From: Dictyostelium discoideum
Lineage: Eukaryota
Length of the DNA stretch: 64,000 nt
Direction: 5' to 3'
Assembly (NCBI GenBank): GCA_000004695.1
Contig: CM000151.3
Coordinates: 4,768,001 to 4,832,000, forward strand
A program made the translations under genes and the position numbers. The notes under the pieces were generated by a model, which had not been told where the DNA came from, did not search any database, and saw only the letters and a list, made by a program, of their open reading frames with translations. The number at the start of each line of letters is the position of its first letter. Within the stretch, counting starts at the first letter, position 1. This document shows, one piece after another, positions 55,277 to 64,000 of this stretch.

Positions 55277-56946
55277 TTTTTTATTTTCAATTAATTTTAA
55301 AAAATCTAAAAATAAACCGACAAAATAACCTCACATTCTTTTCGGGTTACATTTTTAAAATAACTACTAAGGGTGGTAATACAAGCCCTATCGAATTAAA
55401 TTAATAAAAAAAAAAAAAAAAAAAAAAATAATAAAAAAAAAAATTATAATATTAAAAACTAAAATTCTTAATTTAAAACAATTTTTTTTTTTTTTTTTGT
55501 TATTACTGAAATCTGAATCATAATGCAACGACAATTTTTATAATATTTATCTTATGAATCTGAATTTGAATCTGATACATTAATTTTTTATTATAAATAA
55601 TTATTGACACCACTATTTCATTTCCCATTATTTTTTATTGGGAAACAAAAAGCCCTGTTTAGTGATTTCAAAAAAAAAAAAATAATAAAAAAATAAAATG
55701 TGTATATATGTATATTTGAAAAAAAAAAAAAATCAATATTAAAAAATAATTTGAATGGCAACTCATTTTGATTACGTTCAATATTTAAATTTCAATTAGT
55801 TTATAGTTTTTTATTTTTTTTTTATTATTATTTTTTTTTTTTAAAAAAAAAATTATCTCAAGTGATTCAAATAATGATCAGAAAATAAAAAAAAAAAAAA
55901 AAAAAAAATGAAATAATGGCAACAAATCGAACAGGTATGCAATCAAGTTTCAAATAACCATCATGAAATATTTAAAAAAATAATAAAATTAAACAATGGG
56001 CAACAAATCAAACAGATATACAATCCCGTTTCAAATAACCATCAAATAAGCATCAAAAAAAAAAAAAAAAAAAAAAAAATTAAAAATGGTAAACTTATGT
56101 TATGTGGTAATTTAATTTCAAATAAAGATCAAGAAAAATATGGAAAACTAGTAAAAATATTAAAAAAAGTTATTTTTATTTTTATTTTTATTTTTTTTTT
56201 AATTTTTATTTTTTTTTCTTCGATTTCCAAGATTACTTTTCCATCATTTTCATAATAAAATTTAGGCCTATTATTAAATTATTATGATAAAAAAAAAAAA
56301 TAGTGTTGAGGGAAAATATTTTATTTTGCTTTGGTATAAAATTTTTTTTTTATTTTGGTTTACAAATCTCGATGGATATTTAACTCTTTTTTTTGAGAGA
56401 GAGTTTTTTTTTATTTTTTTTTTTAATTTATTTTTGCGCCCACACACAAAGCAACACATACAAAAAAACCATGTCAGTGACCACGTTGACAATTAAAAAA
56501 ATTACATAAAAATAAAAATAATTTAAAATTATTTTTTTTGATTTTTTTTTTTTTTTCCAATTTTTTTTTTTCTTCTCACATTTTTTTTTGAATTTTATTT
56601 TTTATTATTTATATTTTTTTTTAAATTTTATTTTTTTTTTTTTTAAAAATTTCTTTTTTTTTTTTTTTTTTTTTCTCAAAAATTACTTTTTTTTTTTATT
56701 ATTATTTTTGATAAAATAAAATTTTAAAGTTTTATACATATAGTTTTTTAATAAACAAATAATAATAAATAAATAATAATAAATAAATAATAATAAATAA
56801 AATATATAAATAAATATTTTAATAAATATAAAATTTTTTTTCACTTTTTTTTTTTTTTTCTTTTTGTGTATATAAATTAAAAAAAATATAATATAAAATA
56901 TAAAATATAAAATATAAAATATAAAATATAAAATATAAAATATAAA

Positions 56947-57156
56947 ATGGTTGAATTAGAATCAATGTCATCATCAAGCGAATGGTTTTTAAATAATAAC
57001 AGTAATATTCATAATAATACACACAATCATAATCATAATAATAATAATAACAATAATAATATAAATAGTAATAATCACGGCCATAGTGCAAATAGTAGTG
57101 CACACAACCACAACAACAATAATAATAATAATACCAATAATAATAGCAACAATAGC

Positions 57157-57194
<38 letters not shown>

Positions 57195-57762
57195 ACAAAA
57201 TACAAATAATGGTACATTTTTAACACCATTACCTGTATTAACTAATAGTAGTACTGGTTTGGGAAAAAGTATTGATTGGTTATATACAAACACCTCAAAT
57301 ACCGACTCACATAATATAAATTCAAGTAGTAATAAAGTTACAAAACTTTCAAATGGATTTTCTTTATTAAATCAAGATGGTACTCAATCACCATCATGCT
57401 TTTTAAATTTATCCTCAACTGGTAACCACGAAGATCCTGTACAAGTTCCAATGAACAATAATCCACAAGATCTCTTATTCCAATTTAATATTTCACCACA
57501 ATTACAATCACAAAATAATAATAGTAGTAATAATAATAATAACAATAATAACAATGGTAGTAATACTCCATTAAATGGTAGTAATGGTAGTAATAATAAT
57601 TATTCATCACCAATTTCACCAGTACCACAATACCAACACTCTGCTGGTTCTTCACCAATCCAAGAGTATCCATATTATTCACCATCATCATCACCCCATT
57701 CAAATGAATCAACCTCACCAATTACAGTTATTAAAGATAGTGGTAGTATTATAAATCCAATC

Positions 57763-57815
<53 letters not shown>

Positions 57816-58902
57816 TAATAATAACAATAATAATAATAATAAAAACAATTTAAATAATAATACATTCCAATTTTCATCATTAAAAAGTACAACTGGTATT
57901 GCACCACCATTACAAACCGATTATCATTTATTATATAATTTTGTTCAACAAAATTTTTCTGGAAAACCAGAAGATTCATTATTAAACCAAACTTTAAATA
58001 ATAATAATAATAATAATAATAACAATAATAATAATAATAATAATACAACAATCCAAACTTCACCACAACCACTTGTTTTACCACAAATTCAAAATCCATT
58101 TTTACCATATAATATTTCGACTCCAATTTCAGTTCCAAATAATATTTTATCATCAGCTCAATCATCAACAAATTCATCACCAAACAACAACAACAATAAT
58201 AATAATAATAATAACAATATTTTTTCAACTGTTAATAATAATAATAATCTCGTAAATAATAACAGTAATAATATGGAATTAGATGTAGATAAACCATTTT
58301 CACAAGAAAAATTTTATTTACACTTAAAATCAATTGTACCAAGTTTTAATGAAAATTTTGAAGCATCATCTGAATCTGCACAATCTGAATCATCTCAAGA
58401 AAGTGATTATGATGCACTCAATGAACGTAATAGTGGTGTTAAGAAGAGAGGTAGAGATGAAGATCAAATCGATACATCTGGTCAAGTTGTTTTATCACGT
58501 GAACATGTTTTGAAATTATCAAGTAAAGAAATTGAAGAATATGTTTCACGTTTAAAGATGCACCATATTCTTACTCAAGCCGAGGAAAAAGAATTGAAAA
58601 AACAAAGACGTTTAGTAAAGAATCGTGAATATGCTTCACAATCTCGTTCTCGTAGAAAGATTTATGTTGAGAATATTGAAACAAAACTTCAAAAAACAAA
58701 TCAAGATTGTGCTTCAATTAAATCTCAATTAAATTCAGTTAAAGAGGAAAATAAAGCCTTAAAGAAACAATTGTACAGTTTAACTAATACTCTTAAAAGT
58801 AATCCTTCTTTAGCTGAAGCATTTGGAAAAATTTTCTCTCCAATAGGTAATAATAAAACTTCTTCTGCTACATTATTTGTAAGTTTTATTTATTTAATTT
58901 TA

Positions 58903-58943
<41 letters not shown>

Positions 58944-59492
58944 AAATAAAAAAAATATACTAACTTTTTTATAATTTTTAGGTATTTTTCTTTTTATTTA
59001 CATTTACATTTTTATTCCAATCTTCTACAGTTACCTTTAATTCAGAGTATGTTTTATTTTTTTTTAAAATACCATTAGCGTTCATAAAATTTATATTAAT
59101 TTTTTTTTTTTTTCTCTTTTTATAGTAGGGTATCTTCAATTCAACGTAATCTTTTAAGTTTAGAAGAAACTCAAGCAACAGAATGGAACATAAAGAGAGC
59201 CATTCTTGAAGAAACTAAACAATATGTCGATTCTTTGTTAACCTCCTTATATACTTCAAAACTACAATCTTTATCAGAAACTCCTTTAGATACATCTAAT
59301 TATATCATCAACAACAACAATAACGAATCAACTTCCGAAACAACAACAAACAACAAAGTAGTTTCGACATCTAGTGATGATATTTCAAATGTTTTATCAA
59401 ATCTTTCTGTTTCCGATAAAGAAGTTCCTCAAAAGTGTAAAGATTCATCTGATTTAAAATGTGATTCTCCCCCACTTTCACCTTTAAATTAA
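56947..59492 (+). CDS. bZIP transcription factor with a C-terminal transmembrane segment and lumenal tail (membrane-tethered, ATF6/CREB3-like architecture), ~786 aa. Model: join(56947..58878,58982..59046,59129..59492) with introns GTAAGT...TTTTTAG (phase 0) and GA|GTATGT...TATAGTAG|G (phase 2)
   Basis: Basic region + leucine zipper is 'ELKKQRRLVKNREYASQSRSRRKIYVENIETKLQKTNQDCASIKSQLNSVKEENKALKKQLYSLTNTL' in exon 1. The 65-nt exon 2 encodes 'VFFFLFTFTFLFQSSTVTFNSE', which with the preceding 'SSATLF' gives a ~20-aa hydrophobic helix. Exon 3 continues in frame with 'VSSIQRNLLSLEETQATEWNIKRAILEETKQYVDSLLTSLYTSKLQSL...KCKDSSDLKCDSPPLSPLN*'. The long N-terminus is poly-N/Q/S-rich. Confidence 0.65.
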
Positions 59493-60639
59493 TAAAATTT
59501 TTATTTATTGTTTCATAAATTTTTTTTAGGTTAATCATTTAATCACTTTTTTGTTTAAATATTTCATTTTTTTTTTTTTAACCTTTAATAATATCTTTAC
59601 TACACCCTCATTTAACCCAGTTTTTTATCAATAAAATGACCATAAGATGATTTACAATTGTCTAATGATTGAATATAATTAATATTTACGAAAATGTTAG
59701 AAAAAAATTTAATAATTAATTTTTTACTTAAATTATTTTTTTTAATTAATAATATATTATTTTTATATTTGTTTGTATATATGTCTGTAATACTATAAAT
59801 TGTTATTTATTAGGCATACCCTCTTTTGTAATATTATACATGAGAATGAACAATATTATATACAGAATTATATATTTAATTACAGAAAAAATATAACAAA
59901 CTTTAACTGAGTATTTAAATTTTTTTTGATATTTTTTATATTTTTTTATATATACATAGCCTTCATTTATTTTTTAAGGTAATTAATTTCAAAACAAGAA
60001 AGAATTCTTGAAAAAAAAAAAAAAACTACTTTTATTTCTTTTTTTATTTTCAATTGATCAATCAACAATAACCAATAAAAAGAATAATAAAAAGAATAAA
60101 AAGTAAATGTGAAAAAAAGTTACTATAAAGCAACTAATAATATTTTATTTTTTATTTTTTCAAATTAAACACAATTTTTTTTTTATGTTCCCACCACGAT
60201 TAGTTAATGTTTTTGTGGTGAATTGATGAATTATAAGATTATACCAAAATTATTTTTTATATATTTAATGTACGGATTGTTTTTGATTGATGAGAACAAT
60301 TTAAATAAAAATCAAATTAAAAAAAGTTAATTATATTTTAATTTTTTTATTTTTTAATTTTTTTTTTTGTTTTAATTTCCCCCAACACAAATTTTTTTTT
60401 TTTTTAAAAAATTTTGGTTTTAATGAAAATCGATGTTCCATTGAAATTTTTAGTTGTGTTTGTGAAAAATACTATTTATTTTTTTATAAAATTGAATAAA
60501 AAAAATCCCAAAGAAAAAAAATAAATAAAAAAATAATAATTTATTTTTATTTTTATTTTTTTATTTTTTTATTTTTTTTTTTTTTTTAATTTGTAGTCAA
60601 ATTATTATTATTATTATTATTATTATTATAATTATTATA

Positions 60640-60678
<39 letters not shown>

Positions 60679-61309
60679 GTTTTTTTTTTTTTTTAGATAT
60701 TCAGTTTTAAATATGTTTGTAAATAAATAAAATTGTAATTAATTAATGAATTTGTAAAAATAGAAAAAAAAAAAAAAAAAAAAACATAAAAATAACCAAT
60801 AAATATCCATAAAAAAAAAAAAAAAAAAAAAAAGGCTTTTTCTGAAGAAAGTTTTTTTTTTTTTTTTTTTGTATATTTATTGTTTATTTCTATCTTTTTT
60901 TTTTTTTTTAGTGATCCACCTTTTTCCCACTTATCGAAAAAAAGGGGTATTTTTTAATATCCTTTCCGTTCCATGTTTTTTTTTAATAATTTCCATATTA
61001 ATATAAAATTTTTTCCATTTTTTTTTTTTTTATTAAATAATAATCTAGGATAAGCGAAATTTTTTTTATTTTTTTTTAAATTATTTTTAATTTATTATTA
61101 ATTAAGGGACCCCGAATTCTATTTATTTATTATTCATTAATTTTTTATTTTTTTTTCTTTTATCCAGGCGAGAAAAAAATAAAAACAAATTTAACACCCT
61201 CATTTTTAAACAGTTATCATCTAAAAATAACATTTTAATAAAATTATAATTTAAAAAAAATAAATAAATAAATAAATAGATTTTATATTTTAAAAAAAAA
61301 AAAAAAAAA

Positions 61310-61356
<47 letters not shown>

Positions 61357-61485
61357 AATAATAATAGTAATAAAAAGAAAAATAATAAATAATAATTATA
61401 ATAAATTTTAAAAACTAAATAAAAATTAATTTGTAATATCCAATTTTATTTATTTATTTATTTAAATATATTATTATTTTTGATT

Positions 61486-61580
61486 TTACTTAATTTAATT
61501 TAATTTGATTCGATTCGATTCTATTCGATTTGATTTAATTTAATTTAATTTAATTTAATTTGATTTGATTTGATTTGATT

Positions 61581-61596
<16 letters not shown>
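61486..61596. repeat. (GATTT)n / (AATTT)n pentanucleotide microsatellite, ~20 units with variants (GATTC, TATTC)
   Basis: Visible as aatttaatttgattcgattcgattctattcgatttgatttaattt...gatttgatttgattt. Confidence 0.85.
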
Positions 61597-61619
<23 letters not shown>

Positions 61620-61873
61620 CTTTTTTCCATTATTTATAAATATGATGGAAATCTTCCATTTTCCATTTTCCACCATAATTTGAATTATTTTCTCGGAAAT
61701 TGCCAACACTAGTGTTTACTAAATAACAAATACATCCTTATCTCTGTTGATTCCAATTGTGATCAACGTTGTGAAAAATCAGTGGAACTCAATTATGATT
61801 TTTGCTATTTTTTTAAATATTGTCTGTGGACCAACATCCATATTAATTATTTTTAATATTTATAAAAATTATA

Positions 61874-62200
61874 GTGATGATTCATTATAAGATAAAACAA
61901 CAGAAAATATCACCAATACCATCATCACAACAAACCAAGTTCACCAATTCATCAAAAAAAGAGAATGGTAGAAAACCAATGGGGTGTTGTTGGTGGTGTA
62001 GATTTAGATGCACTTTTAATTCAAGAAAAAGTTTTATGTTGTCGTTATGTGTGGTGGGTCTTATAACAGCTTATGATTTCAATAATGCTTCTATTCAACT
62101 TCACTTCCAATCCAAAAAAAATTTTGGTTTTAGAGTTTGGAAAATGGTTGGTTCAAATGAAAAAATATTGATATTTACCAAGGTAAAAATTCAGAGGTGA
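61874..62200 (+). CDS. Candidate small ORF (108 aa) in a locally less AT-rich island; unsupported by homology
   Basis: The ORF 'MMIHYKIKQQKISPIPSSQQTKFTNSSKKENGRKPMGCCWWCRFRCTFNSRKSFMLSLCVVGLITAYDFNNASIQLHFQSKKNFGFRVWKMVGSNEKILIFTKVKIQR' is not low-complexity, has one hydrophobic segment, and sits in a ~600-bp stretch (61620..62250) of noticeably higher G+C than its surroundings. It could equally be an exon of something else or noise. Confidence 0.2.
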   Translation: MMIHYKIKQQKISPIPSSQQTKFTNSSKKENGRKPMGCCWWCRFRCTFNSRKSFMLSLCVVGLITAYDFNNASIQLHFQSKKNFGFRVWKMVGSNEKILIFTKVKIQR

Positions 62201-62247
62201 CAAACCCACCAGCACCGCATAAAATTACTCGACCGCCTTAAAAATTA

Positions 62248-62289
<42 letters not shown>

Positions 62290-62752
62290 CAGTTTTAAAA
62301 ATATCTTTTTTTGTTAATTTGATTTGATTAAGATTTTTTTTTTTTTTTTTTTTTTTCAATTTTAAAAAATATCTTTTTTGTTAATTTTTTATATTATTTT
62401 AGTTTTTTTAATTAAAATTATTATAAAAAAAATAATGCCATGGACCAATTGGAATTGTAATTCCATCCTGGTCAATTTTTAAAAGATATCAAAAAAGAAA
62501 TTTACACAAAAAAAAAAAAAAATAAAATAAATAAAAAAATTGCTTCTTACAACCTATTAATTTTTCAATAAGTTTGGGGTATGTTCACATATTCTTATTA
62601 TTTTTTTTATCTAATTTCTTTCAATAGAAAATTTTAAAACTAATATGTCTTTTAAAAGAAAAACACTAAAAAAAATATTTGGGAAATATCACAATCAGAA
62701 ACATATTGGAATCATTTTAAAGATTTATTAAAATAAAAATAAAAAAATAAAT

Positions 62753-62786
<34 letters not shown>

Positions 62787-63028
62787 TTATTAATAACCAC
62801 CAGGGAATTAAAAAAAATATCTGCATTTTCTTTTGAAAACCATTTTTTAAGGGGTTGGACAATATGAAAAATTATAAAAATAAAGCATGAATAAAAAAAA
62901 ATAAAAAAATAAAATAAAATAAAAAAAATTAAATTGGGATTCGAATTAAAAATTAAGAAAAAAAAAACGGTAGCCATGGTTTTTTAGAGCACAACCGCAA
63001 CACCTGGGAGATTTTCACCATAATTTTT

Positions 63029-63061
<33 letters not shown>

Positions 63062-63161
63062 AAGATTTTTTTTTTAAAAAAAATTTTAGGATTTACTTTA
63101 AAATAATTTTTTCATTTTATTTTTTTCATTCAAAATATATTTATATACAAATAATAAAATA

Positions 63162-64000
63162 ATGAGATTCATTGCTTTATTAATTTCATTTTTTGCTTTA
63201 TTAAAAGTTATTAGTGCCATCTCAGGTGTTGATATTTCATCAGCAGTAAGTTTTTTAAATTTCCACCCCTTTTTTTTTTTTTTTTTTTTTTATTCTTCCA
63301 AAACTTAAAAATTTCATCCAATTTTGATTTTAACTAAATATTTTTTTATATAAAATATAATAATAGAGCACCATTGAAAGTTTCACTTGTTTAAAGAGTG
63401 CTGGTTATGATTTTGCTATCATTCGTGCATATGAATCATTAGGTCAAGTTGATCCAAATGGCCCACACAGCGTTTATAATGCTCGTGACGCTGGTATTGA
63501 ATATGTTGTAAGTTATTGTAATTTTAATTTTTATATTTATTTTTAATTTTCAAAAAATATTTAATTAATAATATAAATGCAATAGGACGTTTATATGTTC
63601 CCCTGCCCAACATGCGGTAATGGTGCTGGTCAAGCAGAAACAATGGTTAATTACTTAAAAGGTTACAATGCAAATTATGGTATGGTTTGGTTAGATATTG
63701 AAGGTCCACAATACTGGATGTCACAATCAGAAAATGTTGCATTCTTTGAAAGTTTAGTTGCAGGATTAAAAGCTGAAGGTGCTCATATCGGTGTTTACAC
63801 ATCTGCAAGGTAATTTATTTAATTTTTATTTCTCCATCTCTCTTTTTCAATGTTTATAAACAATTACTAATCTATTAATAATAATTTTTTTTTAAAAAAA
63901 ACAACAGTCAATGGGAACCAATTATGGGTGGATACACTGGTGGTAGCGAATTCCCATTATGGTATGCTCATTATGATGGTAATCCATCTTTCAGCGATTT
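63162..64000 (+). CDS. GH25-family (Chalaropsis-type) lysozyme/muramidase with signal peptide, 5' part; the gene runs off the window end. Model: join(63162..63245,63367..63507,63586..63809,63908..>64000)
   Basis: Exon 1 'MRFIALLISFFALLKVISAISGVDISSA' is a signal peptide plus the start of the GH25 'GIDVS' motif. Exon 2 is 'STIESFTCLKSAGYDFAIIRAYESLGQVDPNGPHSVYNARDAGIEYV'. Exon 3 is 'DVYMFPCPTCGNGAGQAETMVNYLKGYNANYGMVWLDIEGPQYW...AHIGVYTSAR', which contains the catalytic D-x-E in 'WLDIEG'. Exon 4 is 'SQWEPIMGGYTGGSEFPLWYAHYDGNPSFSDF'. Introns are GTAAGT/GTAATT...AG with reconciled phases (0, 0, 2). Confidence 0.75.

Noticed and set aside
56819-58228. Minus-strand ORFs 56819..57229 (poly-Y/C), 57761..58228 (poly-Y), 56989..57198 and 57075..57293
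   Set aside because: They are antisense or off-frame readings of the poly-Asn tracts in the bZIP gene's N-terminal half.

Overview
The window is an extremely AT-rich (~78-80% A+T) eukaryotic nuclear sequence with the hallmarks of Dictyostelium discoideum or a close dictyostelid. Intergenic regions and introns are long poly(A)/poly(T) tracts; coding regions carry in-frame (AAT)n/(CAA)n runs that encode poly-Asn and poly-Gln; introns are short, AT-rich and of the GTAAGT/GTATGT...AG type. There are no prokaryotic features (no operons, no CRISPR) and I could not see a tRNA. About 22 protein-coding genes can be supported, most of them needing intron-aware models that merge separate ORFs from the six-frame track. 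On the minus strand these are: a C2+RasGAP protein of ~1,728 aa, a 7TM membrane protein, a USP-type deubiquitinase, an aquaporin with unorthodox NPS/NIA motifs, the GH29 alpha-L-fucosidase, a tandem-BRCT protein, a METTL2/6-type methyltransferase, a Pro-rich SH3 protein, an MMACHC homolog, a CBM2/CBM49-like secreted protein, an amino-acid transporter, a Gfo/Idh/MocA oxidoreductase flanked by two secreted paralogs, and an F-box-like/LRR protein. On the plus strand these are: a metallophosphoesterase, an SDR, a hybrid histidine kinase, an NRS/ER-like rhamnose-pathway enzyme carrying an in-frame TAA, a bZIP factor with a C-terminal transmembrane exon, and a GH25 lysozyme that runs off the 3' end. 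The most unusual non-genic feature is at 19.07-20.9 kb: a GC-rich, stem-loop-forming island followed by about eight copies of a ~230-250-bp poly(A)-tailed unit arranged as a ~1-kb palindrome plus direct copies, probably a transposon or retroelement remnant of a family I cannot name. All exon/intron coordinates were derived by eye from the sequence and should be treated as models.
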